39,243 nt of DNA from Eubacteriales bacterium (GCA_045655025.1 JAZOOM010000235.1:1-39243), one strand, 5' to 3'. Counted from the stretch's first letter, positions 15,330 to 24,227 are shown. A program made the numbers and translations. The notes: generated by a model from the letters alone, not told the origin.

Positions 15330-16193
15330 ATGCTCACCATCAACAATCTTTCCAAATCCTACGGCTCCAACCTCGCCCTCAATCAGTTCACCTACACCTT
15401 CGACCACGGCATCTACGCCCTGTTGGGCCCCAACGGCTCGGGCAAGTCTACGCTTATGAACATCGTCACCCAGAACCTCAAATCCGACAACGGTGAGATT
15501 CTGTTGGACGATACCCCCATCGGCAAGCTGGGTGCATCCTACCGCGAAAAGCTGGGTTTTATGCCCCAGTATCCCGGTATGTACCCCTCTTTCTCGGCTC
15601 TCGACTTCCTCCGCTATATGGCCGTGCTGAAGGGGCTGAACAAAAAGAAAGCCGATGAGCAGATCGACGAGCTTTTGCACGCCGTGGAGCTTCACGACGT
15701 GAGAACCCACCGTATCGGTTCTTTCTCGGGCGGTATGAAGCAACGCCTTGCCCTGGCTCAATCTCTGCTCGGTGACCCCGAAATCGTCATTCTTGACGAA
15801 CCCACAGCCGGTCTTGACCCCAAGCAGAGAATCGCCATCCGTAATTACATAGCCAGCGTAGCCCTCAATAAGACTGTCATTATTGCCACTCACGTAGTTT
15901 CCGATGTGGAGTTTATCGCCCGTGAGGCCATCATGCTCAAAAAAGGCGTGATCTCGGACAGCGGAAGTCCCTACGAGCTGACTCAGAAGATCGAGGGCCA
16001 GGTCTGGCAGACCGTGGTAGCCGCCGAGGAGGTACAGGCTATGCAGGAAAAGTTCCGCGTGGTCAACATCCAGAACGGTGAGCAGGGGGTGATTCTGCGC
16101 ATTTTGTCCGATGTGAAGCCCACCGAGGATTCCGTGACCGTGGTGCCGTCCTTGGAGGATTACTATCTCTACGTGTTCGGGGATATCCTCTGA
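15330..16193 (+). CDS. ABC transporter ATP-binding protein (ATPase1)
   Basis: Walker A GPNGSGKST, Q-loop MPQ, signature FSGGMKQRLALA, Walker B IVILDEPTAGLD, H-loop IATH. By my alignment it has 6 amino-acid differences from 21797..22660. Confidence 0.95.
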   Translation: MLTINNLSKSYGSNLALNQFTYTFDHGIYALLGPNGSGKSTLMNIVTQNLKSDNGEILLDDTPIGKLGASYREKLGFMPQYPGMYPSFSALDFLRYMAVLKGLNKKKADEQIDELLHAVELHDVRTHRIGSFSGGMKQRLALAQSLLGDPEIVILDEPTAGLDPKQRIAIRNYIASVALNKTVIIATHVVSDVEFIAREAIMLKKGVISDSGSPYELTQKIEGQVWQTVVAAEEVQAMQEKFRVVNIQNGEQGVILRILSDVKPTEDSVTVVPSLEDYYLYVFGDIL

Positions 16194-16205
16194 TTCTATA
16201 AACAA

Positions 16206-16241
16206 AAAGGAGTGTTGCGGTTTTGCCCGCAGCACTCCTTT
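16206..16241. terminator. Bidirectional hairpin terminator between convergent ATPase1 and the kinase gene
   Basis: 15-bp stem AAAGGAGTGTTGCGG / CCGCAGCACTCCTTT (one G-U), 6-nt loop. The T-run is on the minus-strand side (TTTTTGTTTAT) and a shorter TTTGGTT lies on the plus side. Confidence 0.65.
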
Positions 16242-16243
16242 GG

Positions 16244-17014
16244 TTAGGAATGGTTATCCAAGTTTTTCAGCACCATCAGGGTGGTAAAGACCCGATCCTC
16301 GCAGGAAAATACCAGCTCTCCCTTGTACTTACGCACTAAAGCACGCATGGTGGGGATTCCCAATCCGTGCCGTTCGGGGGAGCCCTTGGCGGTCTCCAGA
16401 CGTTGAATATCCACGTCCCGCAACACCGCGTTTTTCACTAGGATCACCAACGTCTCGTGCTTGACCGTCACCGTCACCGATACCCACCGCGCTCCCTCGT
16501 TCGGGATCCTTGCCGCCGCCTCAATGGCGTTGTCCAGGGCGTTTCCCAGCAGGATGGCCAGATCCACGTAAGGCACCGTCACCGAGGGGAGCTTGTGGGC
16601 GTGATACTCCCACCCGATGCCCTTGTCCCGTGCTAACGCCGCTTTGGTGTTGATGAGGGTGGTGATAAGATCGTTTTCCCCCGTCACCAGACGGATCTCC
16701 CCCAGCCGTTCCAGCTCGGCCTCCACCGAGGCGATCGCCTCGGCTGTGTTTCCCTGCGAGAGGGTCGCCAGCAGCCCCATAAGGAAATGCCGCTGATCGT
16801 GCTGCATTTTCAGAAGATCCCGATGGTTGTCCATGATGAGGCGGTACTGCTCGGCCTGGGTGGCCGCCGTCTCCCGCGCTTTTTTATCTCGCGCATCCCT
16901 GAGCCGTTCCCGCTCCTTCCGTAAACGGAGGGTGGACACCAGCACCCATGAAAGAAGCAGCAGGAGCAACAGCGACAGTCCCGCCGCCAAGATCCAGAAT
17001 ATGGGCTTTTCCAT
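16244..17014 (-). CDS. Single-TM GHKL sensor histidine kinase (AgrC/LytS-like HPK10 core, no obvious sensor domain)
   Basis: One N-terminal TM (IFWILAAGLSLLLLLLLSWVLV), a charged helical linker, H-box QHDQRHFLMGL, N-box LLGNALDNAIEA, G-box GLGIPTMRALV. ATG 17014 overlaps the RR stop (TGATG). GTG 17017 is the alternative start. Confidence 0.85.
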   Translation of the reverse strand: MEKPIFWILAAGLSLLLLLLLSWVLVSTLRLRKERERLRDARDKKARETAATQAEQYRLIMDNHRDLLKMQHDQRHFLMGLLATLSQGNTAEAIASVEAELERLGEIRLVTGENDLITTLINTKAALARDKGIGWEYHAHKLPSVTVPYVDLAILLGNALDNAIEAAARIPNEGARWVSVTVTVKHETLVILVKNAVLRDVDIQRLETAKGSPERHGLGIPTMRALVRKYKGELVFSCEDRVFTTLMVLKNLDNHS

Positions 17015-17718
17015 CACGAATACCTCTCCACGTAGCCGGCATAGGCCAGAAGCACCTCGGATTTCTTCCGTACGCTCATCATGACCCGCTCGCCGTTCTG
17101 TAGGATCACATCGTAGCCATCGAACTCGGATACCTTGTCCAGATTGACAATATACCCTTGATGCACCTGATAAAAGCCGTAATCCCGCAGAGCCTCCATG
17201 GCATCGGATAGCCGCCCCAGGGTATCATAGACCCGATCGGCGGTGTGGTACAGGATGTGCTTGCGGTTGCATTCCACGTAGAAAATATCGTGGACGGGCA
17301 GACGGATGGACTGTCCCCCCACGCGGATGACGTGGTAGCGGTGGAGCATACGGTACTTGTCGGAAGCCCGCTCCAGAATGCGGTGCACCTTCTCCAGGGT
17401 ACAGGGCTTCAGTATGTAGTGAAAGGCCTCGCAGTCGTAGGCCTCGATGGCATACTGTGGAAATCCCGTGGCGAAAATGAGGATGGCGGCCGCATCCAAC
17501 TCACGGATGCGCTGTCCCACCTCCAGCCCCGTGAGCCCGGGCATTTCCACGTCCAAAAACAGAATATCGAAGCGCTCGCCCCGATCGTAGGCGTCCAATA
17601 GGGATCGACCCGAGGTGAACACGGCGACCTCGGGGGACAGCTCGGGGTCAAAGCGTCGGCACAGCCCCGCCAGCATCTCCCCGTCGGTAGAAGCGTCGTC
17701 ACATACAGCAATTCTCAT
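17014..17718 (-). CDS. LytTR-family response regulator
   Basis: REC domain (IAVCDD, FLDVEMPG, ILKP) plus a C-terminal LytTR domain (IFYVE...FYQVHQGYIVNLDKV). I moved the start to ATG 17718, which has GGGAGAG 7 nt upstream. The track start at 17760 sits on the predicted -10 element. Confidence 0.88.
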   Translation of the reverse strand: MRIAVCDDASTDGEMLAGLCRRFDPELSPEVAVFTSGRSLLDAYDRGERFDILFLDVEMPGLTGLEVGQRIRELDAAAILIFATGFPQYAIEAYDCEAFHYILKPCTLEKVHRILERASDKYRMLHRYHVIRVGGQSIRLPVHDIFYVECNRKHILYHTADRVYDTLGRLSDAMEALRDYGFYQVHQGYIVNLDKVSEFDGYDVILQNGERVMMSVRKKSEVLLAYAGYVERYS

Positions 17719-17748
17719 GGTCATACTCTCCCATTTTAAGATAACACC

Positions 17749-17777
17749 ATTATACCACATTCCGTGGCTTTTGTAAA
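17749..17777 (-). promoter_or_regulatory. Sigma-A-type promoter of the LytTR RR-kinase operon
   Basis: Read on the minus strand: TTTACA (17777..17772), a 17-nt spacer, then extended -10 TGgTATAAT (17757..17749). Confidence 0.65.
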
Positions 17778-17801
17778 TACGTCAAGACTTCCCAAGGGAC
17801 A

Positions 17802-17829
17802 ACGAATGGGGCGGAAAAAACGACGAATG
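17802..17829 (+). promoter_or_regulatory. Direct repeats ACGAATG spaced 21 bp; candidate LytTR-regulator binding site
   Basis: cAACGAATGG (17802..17808 core) and cGACGAATGC (17823..17829 core). The starts are 21 bp apart. The second repeat ends 11 nt upstream of the + strand -35 and lies about 25 nt upstream of the minus-strand -35. Confidence 0.4.
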
Positions 17830-17840
17830 CGAAACCCGCC

Positions 17841-17869
17841 TTGACCGCTCCCTTCCCTTATCTTATAAT
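17841..17869 (+). promoter_or_regulatory. Sigma-A-type promoter of the C-subfamily / ABC operon
   Basis: TTGACC (17841..17846), a 17-nt spacer, TATAAT (17864..17869). AAAGGAG RBS before ATG 17915. Confidence 0.65.
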
Positions 17870-17914
17870 GAGAGCGTATGAAACTATATTTCAAATGGCT
17901 GAAAGGAGTTTTTT

Positions 17915-19381
17915 ATGGAAACCAAACGAATTTTTACTGCTGTTCTGGCCGCCTTTATGCTGGCCACGACCTTGGCGTCCTGCTCCCGCCGCGATCAGTT
18001 CCGTCCCGATGAAACCGATGCGCCTACGGGGGAGCAGACCACGGCGGCAGGTCAACCGGATGGAAGTAATCCCAACGAAAGCAATCCCACCGATACCAAC
18101 CCCAACGGTGGTGAAGTAACCGACCCCAATACTACCACCACCCTCGATATTCCCATTGGAGACCCCTCCACGGGCGATGCGGAAAACGGTAAGATCACCG
18201 GCAACCCCTACGAAGGTTGGACAGCCGAGGAGCTGTATGCGTCCTTTATGGAGGATCAGGAGCGGTCGGTTTCCAACAACCAAGACTATGGATTTGGTAA
18301 CACTCCGTATTATGTGATTCTTGATGTCCAGTACGGCGGTTCCATGTTCAGCAAGCTCACGGGGCAGGTGGTGCAGATCTGTAAAGACCCTATCTGTGAC
18401 CATAATAGATGCATATTCAGTCATCTAACGACACGGATGAGAGCTTGTCAAGTTGTGAATGATCGCTGTTATTTGGCGGTGGAAGGGTACAAGGGGGATG
18501 TATATACGTGCAGCTTGTATTCTTTCGATTTGCTTATGAATGATCCGCAGTTGGTTTGTGAATGGGAAGAAATGGATCGTCCCGATACCATATATGTGTA
18601 TCAGGGTAAGATTTACTACGACGCAGATATTAAGTTTGATGACGGCCAATACAGTAACGTGACAATGGTGTACGATATAAACAAGAAAACAACGGCACCT
18701 TTGCACAACGATCCCGTTCGTTGTAGCATGATCGTGTATGAAGGAGCCTACGAGTGGTACACGGCTTGGGAGGACGGCTCTCTGCGGCGGTATAATTTGG
18801 ATACAGACGTGGATGAGGTGATCCTTACGGCAAGCCATTTGGATCGCGAAGCAGGTGAAACGGAGTTTATTTTTTGGGCGGAATCGAATCAACTGGTTTA
18901 CGTACAGAAACGTTTGGCGAATCAAGATTTCTCGAACATTTTGAAATATGACATGAGCACCGGCGAAATGCTGGATACGGGATTTGGCAATTTCATTTTA
19001 TACGGTGATCGTGTATACATAAGCATCAATCATTACGTTGAGGAAAACAAATACGATCCGCACTATGAGTACTATGCTCATGATAGTTTTTCTACGAGAG
19101 ATGGCGGAAAAATCTATCAAAAAGAAACGAATACGGGAGAGTTGAAGGCTTTAGTCCGGCTTTGTACCGACGGAATCCCCGATGCTATGAAAAGTCGTCT
19201 GTTCATGGACGGTCATTTTTTGATGATCCAATATCAAACCTATAAGGATTTCAATAATTGCTACAGCCCCACACTTCCCGGATGGGCAACGAGTAAGCGC
19301 TATGTTGTCGTGAATCTGGAAACAGGGGGAGCGTATGACTTAGGGGTTGATCTTTCAACTCAATCTGTGCACAAACAGTAA
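17915..19381 (+). CDS. Cell-surface propeller-like lipoprotein, subfamily C (C1)
   Basis: Lipobox TTLASC, followed by CSRRDQFRPDETDAPTGEQTT and a Pro/Thr/Asn/Asp linker. Motifs GNPYEGWTAEELYASF, FSKLTGQVVQICKDPICDHNRCIF, LYSFDLLMND, DPHYEYY, GGKIYQ, CTDGIPD, YQTYKDFNNCYSP, VVVNLETG. Confidence 0.9.
   Translation: METKRIFTAVLAAFMLATTLASCSRRDQFRPDETDAPTGEQTTAAGQPDGSNPNESNPTDTNPNGGEVTDPNTTTTLDIPIGDPSTGDAENGKITGNPYEGWTAEELYASFMEDQERSVSNNQDYGFGNTPYYVILDVQYGGSMFSKLTGQVVQICKDPICDHNRCIFSHLTTRMRACQVVNDRCYLAVEGYKGDVYTCSLYSFDLLMNDPQLVCEWEEMDRPDTIYVYQGKIYYDADIKFDDGQYSNVTMVYDINKKTTAPLHNDPVRCSMIVYEGAYEWYTAWEDGSLRRYNLDTDVDEVILTASHLDREAGETEFIFWAESNQLVYVQKRLANQDFSNILKYDMSTGEMLDTGFGNFILYGDRVYISINHYVEENKYDPHYEYYAHDSFSTRDGGKIYQKETNTGELKALVRLCTDGIPDAMKSRLFMDGHFLMIQYQTYKDFNNCYSPTLPGWATSKRYVVVNLETGGAYDLGVDLSTQSVHKQ
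18464..18529 (+). repeat. Near-perfect tract shared with C6 (31408..31473)
   Basis: 36 identical nt, one mismatch, then 29 identical nt. A further 40-nt perfect run is 18588..18627 = 31532..31571. Confidence 0.85.
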
Positions 19382-19406
19382 GGTGTATATTAAGAAGGAG
19401 TTTTAC

Positions 19407-20891
19407 ATGAAAACCAATCGAACATTAACTACCGTTCTGGCCGCCCTTCTTCTGGCCACTACCTTTGCCTCCTGCTCCCGCCGCGATCAGTTCCGCCCCG
19501 ATGAAACCGACGCGCCTACGGGGGAGCAGACCACGGTTGCGGGACAGCCCGATGTAAGTAATCCCGGCGAAGGCGACCCTGTCGAAACCGATCATGGCGA
19601 AAACAACACAAGCGGCGGAAATGACTCCTCGCCTACCACTCCGCCCGAAACAACCCCTACTGATCCCAACACCCCCACCCCCAAGCCTCCCGTGGGCGAT
19701 GGCTCCGAGACGCCCAAGATCACGGGCAATCCCTACGAGGGCTGGACGGCGGAGGAGCTGTATGCGTCCTTCTATCAGCATGATCCCGAACCGAACCATA
19801 ACACGTGGTATGGAAACACACCGTATTACGTGCTTTTAGATATGCAAGACGGTGGAAAGATGTTCAGTAAACTGACGGGACAGGTCGTTTCGATATGCAA
19901 GGATCCGCTTTGCGATCATGAATCCTGCATTTTCAGTAGCTTGACGGGTCCGTTGGAAACCTGTCAGGTTGTGGATGACCGTATTTATCTGGTCATGGAT
20001 CGGGCTCTCGAGGGATATACGATGTATTCCTTTGATCTGCTCATGGACGATCCAAAGGTGATCGGTAAATGGAGCGATCCACCTGAATTGATGTATATTT
20101 GCGGGGAAAAAGCTTACTATATGACCAACATGAAATTGAGCGGCGGGCGTGTTGGACACACCATTATGGTGTACGATCTTGAAAAAAAGACGGCGGCACC
20201 TCTTATGGATAATGCCGAGCCTTGCAGATGGGTATTTTATCAGGATGCGTATATATGGTACACAAACACCGAGGACGGCTCCATCCGCCGATACAATCTG
20301 GAAAATGATACGGAGGAGATCATCCTGTCGGGGGACCTATTGAATCGCGAGAACGGAGAACTGTGGTTTAAGGTGGAAACCGTCTCGAAAAACCTTGTAT
20401 ATTACGAAATCGTCATGCCGAACAGCGTCACATCCAATATGATGTGCCTGAACATGGAGACCGGCGAGAGGCGTGACATGGGCGCAACACGTTATTCCGA
20501 GTATAACGGCACCTTCTACACCCTTCTTCTGCACAATAACGAAGCATACAAGGATGACCCGCACTACGAATACTATCAAAACACGTCCCACGGAACCCGC
20601 TTTGGAGGAAAGCTGTTCCGCATAGATCCGGAAACAGGAGAGACCGAAACGGCGGTCTACCTTTACACCGACGGGATCCCCGATGCATTGACCACGCTGA
20701 TATACCTGGACGGTACCTTTGTGATGATCGAGTACCAGACCTATAAGGATTTCAGAAATACCTACAGTCCGAATCTTCCCGAATGGGTAAAGAGCAGACG
20801 TTACGTTGTCGTCAATCTCGAATCGGGTCAGATTTTTGATCTGGGCGTGGATCTCTCCAAGCAGACCGCCGAGAATCCCTTTGGACGATAA
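19407..20891 (+). CDS. Cell-surface propeller-like lipoprotein, subfamily C (C2)
   Basis: The track start at 19347 overlaps the C1 3' end. ATG 19407 has AAGAAGGAG upstream and begins MKTNRTLTTVLAALLLATTFASC. Longer Pro/Thr linker. Motifs SICKDPLCDHESCIF, MYSFDLLMDD, DPHYEYY, YQTYKDFRNTYSP. Confidence 0.9.
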   Translation: MKTNRTLTTVLAALLLATTFASCSRRDQFRPDETDAPTGEQTTVAGQPDVSNPGEGDPVETDHGENNTSGGNDSSPTTPPETTPTDPNTPTPKPPVGDGSETPKITGNPYEGWTAEELYASFYQHDPEPNHNTWYGNTPYYVLLDMQDGGKMFSKLTGQVVSICKDPLCDHESCIFSSLTGPLETCQVVDDRIYLVMDRALEGYTMYSFDLLMDDPKVIGKWSDPPELMYICGEKAYYMTNMKLSGGRVGHTIMVYDLEKKTAAPLMDNAEPCRWVFYQDAYIWYTNTEDGSIRRYNLENDTEEIILSGDLLNRENGELWFKVETVSKNLVYYEIVMPNSVTSNMMCLNMETGERRDMGATRYSEYNGTFYTLLLHNNEAYKDDPHYEYYQNTSHGTRFGGKLFRIDPETGETETAVYLYTDGIPDALTTLIYLDGTFVMIEYQTYKDFRNTYSPNLPEWVKSRRYVVVNLESGQIFDLGVDLSKQTAENPFGR

Positions 20892-20905
20892 GAAAAGGAG
20901 CCCCC

Positions 20906-21781
20906 ATGCTCACCGTAAAAAAGATCATAAAATCCTACCGCCGCTTCCGCCGTATCACTCCTGCCCTGGAGCCCTTCTCCTATACCTTTGACCACGGCCT
21001 GTACGGGATCCTGGGCCCCAACGGGGCGGGAAAATCTACCCTCCTGTCGATTCTCGCCCGCAATCTGCGTCCAGACGATGGGCAGGTGCTTCTGGATGGG
21101 AAGGACGTGCGATCACGCAAGACCTGCTACCCCGCTCGATTGGGCTATCTGCCCCAGAACGGCGGAGGCTACCCCGACGTCTCGGCGGAGGATTTTCTGC
21201 GCTACGTCGCCGTCTCCAAGGGCGCGAGCCGCACCGAGGCAGAAGCCCAGAGCCACGCCATCCTGCGGGATATTGACCTGTATGACTGCCGTCATGACCG
21301 CGTCGCCTCCTTTTCGGGGGGCACCGTGAGTCGCCTTTTGCTGGCGCAGGCCTTTATGGGCAACCCCGAGGTGGTCATTTTAGACGAGCCCACCGCCTCC
21401 ATGGACCCCGCCTGGCGTGCCTGCGCCCGCAAGCTCATGGCCAGAGAAGCCCAAAACCGCACCGTTCTGCTGGCGACCCACATCGTATCCGACGTGGAAT
21501 CCGCCGCCCGTGAGGTACTGCTGCTCCGCCGCGGACGGCTGGTGGATTCGGGGACACCCTTCGAGCTGACCGAAAAGGTACGGGGACGGGTCTGGGGGAT
21601 CACGGTCTACCCCGAGGAGGTGCCAACCTTCACGGCACGCTTCCGTATCGCCGCCATGACCAACACGAAAGAGGGGGTTACCCTCCGCATCCTCTCCAAC
21701 CGTCGTCCCGCCCCCGAGGCCGTGGCGGTTGACCCCAATCTGGAGGACTACTACCTGTGCTTCACAGGGGAACTCTTGTAA
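20906..21781 (+). CDS. ABC transporter ATP-binding protein with degenerate signature motif (ATPase2)
   Basis: Walker A GPNGAGKST, Q-loop LPQ, Walker B VVILDEPTASMD, H-loop LATH. The signature region reads FSGGTVSRLLLA, where the paralogs have FSGGMKQRLALA. Confidence 0.9.
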   Translation: MLTVKKIIKSYRRFRRITPALEPFSYTFDHGLYGILGPNGAGKSTLLSILARNLRPDDGQVLLDGKDVRSRKTCYPARLGYLPQNGGGYPDVSAEDFLRYVAVSKGASRTEAEAQSHAILRDIDLYDCRHDRVASFSGGTVSRLLLAQAFMGNPEVVILDEPTASMDPAWRACARKLMAREAQNRTVLLATHIVSDVESAAREVLLLRRGRLVDSGTPFELTEKVRGRVWGITVYPEEVPTFTARFRIAAMTNTKEGVTLRILSNRRPAPEAVAVDPNLEDYYLCFTGELL

Positions 21782-21796
21782 AAGGAGATACACATC

Positions 21797-22660
21797 ATGC
21801 TCACCATCCGCGATCTATCCAAATCCTATGGCTCCAATCTCGCCCTCAACCGGTTCACCTACAGCTTTGACCACGGCATCTACGCCCTCCTGGGCCCCAA
21901 TGGCTCGGGAAAATCCACTCTCATGAACATCGTCACCCAGAACCTCAAATCCGACAACGGTGAGATTCTGTTGGACGATACCCCCATTGGCAAGCTGGGC
22001 GCGTCCTACCGCGAAAAGCTGGGGTTCATGCCTCAGTACCCCGGTATGTACCCCTCCTTTTCGGCTCTGGATTTCCTCCGTTACATGGCCGTATTGAAGG
22101 GGCTGAACAAAAAGAAAGCGGATGAGCAGATCGACGAGCTTCTGCACGCCGTGGAGCTTCACGACGTCCGCACCCACCGTATCGGCTCATTTTCGGGCGG
22201 TATGAAGCAGCGTCTTGCCCTTGCCCAAGCTCTGCTCGGTGACCCCGAGATCGTCATTCTTGACGAACCCACCGCCGGTCTTGACCCCAAACAGAGAATT
22301 GCTATCCGTAATTACATAGCCAGCGTAGCCCTCAATAAGACTGTCATTATTGCCACTCACGTAGTTTCCGATGTGGAGTTTATCGCACGCGAGGCCATCA
22401 TGCTCAAAAAGGGCGTGATCTCGGACAGCGGAAGTCCCTACGAGCTGACTCAGAAGATCGAGGGTCAGGTGTGGCAGACGGTCGTAGCCGCCGAGGAAGT
22501 CCAGGCCATGCAGGAAAAGTTCCGCGTGGTTAACATCCAGAACGGCGAGCAGGGTGTGATTCTGCGTATCCTGTCCGACGTGAAGCCCACCGAGGATTCC
22601 GTGACGGTGGTGCCTTCTCTGGAGGATTACTACCTCCACGTGTTCGGAGATATTCTGTAA
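21797..22660 (+). CDS. ABC transporter ATP-binding protein (ATPase3), near-identical paralog of ATPase1
   Basis: Canonical Walker A/B, signature, Q- and H-loops. 287 aa. Differs from 15330..16193 at 6 residues but at many synonymous sites. Confidence 0.95.
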   Translation: MLTIRDLSKSYGSNLALNRFTYSFDHGIYALLGPNGSGKSTLMNIVTQNLKSDNGEILLDDTPIGKLGASYREKLGFMPQYPGMYPSFSALDFLRYMAVLKGLNKKKADEQIDELLHAVELHDVRTHRIGSFSGGMKQRLALAQALLGDPEIVILDEPTAGLDPKQRIAIRNYIASVALNKTVIIATHVVSDVEFIAREAIMLKKGVISDSGSPYELTQKIEGQVWQTVVAAEEVQAMQEKFRVVNIQNGEQGVILRILSDVKPTEDSVTVVPSLEDYYLHVFGDIL

Positions 22661-22679
22661 GAAGCAAAGGAGTACATAT

Positions 22680-24167
22680 ATGAAAACCAAACAGATCATA
22701 ACCGCCATTCTGGCCGCCCTCATGCTGGCCACTACCTTCGTGTCCTGTAGCCGCCGCGACCAATTCCGGCCTCCCGAGACCGATGCCCCCACGGGGGAGC
22801 AGACAACGGTGACGGGACAGCCCGATGTCAATCATCCTACCGAAACGAATCCCACCGAAACCAACCCGAATGAAACCACCCTCGGCGGCGAAGAAGTCAC
22901 CAAGCCCAATAGCCCCAATAACCCCGACGATCCCCCCACCTTCGCGCCCCCCTTGAGCGATGGCTCCGAGACTCCCAAGATCACAGGCAACCCCTACGAG
23001 GGCTGGACGGCCGAGGAGCTGTATGCCTCCTTCATGAAGGAGGAGGAGCGGTCGGAAACCTATGAATCTGCGTATTACTTCTACAATACGCCTTACTACG
23101 TGCTCCTTGACGTGCAGTACGGCGGCCATATGTTCAGTAAGCTCACGGGACAGGTGATCCCGATCTGTAAGGATCCCATCTGTGACCATAAAGACTGTAT
23201 TTTCAGTAAGCTTACATCACAATTGTGCATGTGTCAGGTTGTGGACGACCGGATTTATATCACCACTGACGGAAAAGAGGAAGGATACATCATGTATTCC
23301 TTTGATCTGCTCATGAACGACGCGAAGGTGGTTGGTGAATGGAGCGATTATATCCAAAATATGTACGTATATCGGGATAAGGTCTACTATATCACGGGCG
23401 TAGATTTAGACAACGGACTAACCGGCTACGGTGCTATGACTTACGATATGAAGGAAAAAACCACGGCACCTCTATGGGAACAGTCAGAGCTTTGCTATAC
23501 GATCTGTTTCGACGGAGGATATGCATGGTATTCCCCCAGAGAGAGCGGCTCGCTCCGTCGGTATAATCTGGATACTGGGGAGGATGAACTGATCATTTCG
23601 GGCGACCTCCTTGACCGCGAAAAGGGAGAAAGCGGGTTCGTATACGATTCCGGAGGAGAAAAGATCGCATACGTTGAAAAATGGATCTTCGGCGGTTATT
23701 TCGAGTATTACGTGCTGGATATGGAAACCGGTGAGCTGCGCGAAAGAAATATAGACGCATTGGAATATGACGGGAATACGTACGTTGAGATCCGTTTTGA
23801 CAGAGAGGAATACAAGGACGATCCCCATTACGAGTATTACTTCAACAATACCACCGATGGGATCGGAGTCCGCAATGGCGGAAAGCTGTACAGAAAGGAT
23901 GCTGCGACGGGAGAATTGCAAATGGTATATAACTTCCAAACCGACGGGATCCCCGATTGTATTCAAGGCACCCAGTTTATGGACGGCAAGTTTATCCTTG
24001 TCCAGTACCAGACCTATAAGGACTTCCGCAATCCCTATAACGAGTCTGCTCCCGAGTGGGCCGACAGCTATCGGTTCATTGTTTTCAATATGGAGACCGG
24101 GCAGGCCTATGAGCTTGGCGTGGATATATCACGAATGTCTATGCACAACCACACCGGCCGGTATTGA
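22680..24167 (+). CDS. Cell-surface propeller-like lipoprotein, subfamily C (C3)
   Basis: RBS AAAGGAG. Lipobox TTFVSC. Motifs CSRRDQFRPPETDAPTGEQTT, GNPYEGWTAEELYASF, PICKDPICDHKDCIF, MYSFDLLMND, DPHYEYY, YQTYKDFRNPYNE. Confidence 0.9.
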   Translation: MKTKQIITAILAALMLATTFVSCSRRDQFRPPETDAPTGEQTTVTGQPDVNHPTETNPTETNPNETTLGGEEVTKPNSPNNPDDPPTFAPPLSDGSETPKITGNPYEGWTAEELYASFMKEEERSETYESAYYFYNTPYYVLLDVQYGGHMFSKLTGQVIPICKDPICDHKDCIFSKLTSQLCMCQVVDDRIYITTDGKEEGYIMYSFDLLMNDAKVVGEWSDYIQNMYVYRDKVYYITGVDLDNGLTGYGAMTYDMKEKTTAPLWEQSELCYTICFDGGYAWYSPRESGSLRRYNLDTGEDELIISGDLLDREKGESGFVYDSGGEKIAYVEKWIFGGYFEYYVLDMETGELRERNIDALEYDGNTYVEIRFDREEYKDDPHYEYYFNNTTDGIGVRNGGKLYRKDAATGELQMVYNFQTDGIPDCIQGTQFMDGKFILVQYQTYKDFRNPYNESAPEWADSYRFIVFNMETGQAYELGVDISRMSMHNHTGRY

Positions 24168-24227
24168 TGCACAAAAGCTCCATGATACCCATGCTTATAA
24201 AGTCACATCCACGAAAGGGGATTTCCC

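Noticed and set aside
17719-17914. Search for an Agr-like autoinducing-peptide precursor, AgrB, or a bacteriocin/RiPP precursor near the LytTR system and in other intergenic gaps (24168..24227, 35450..35570).
   Set aside because: No small ORF with an RBS and a plausible leader or double-glycine motif was found. The gaps are filled by promoter and terminator elements.
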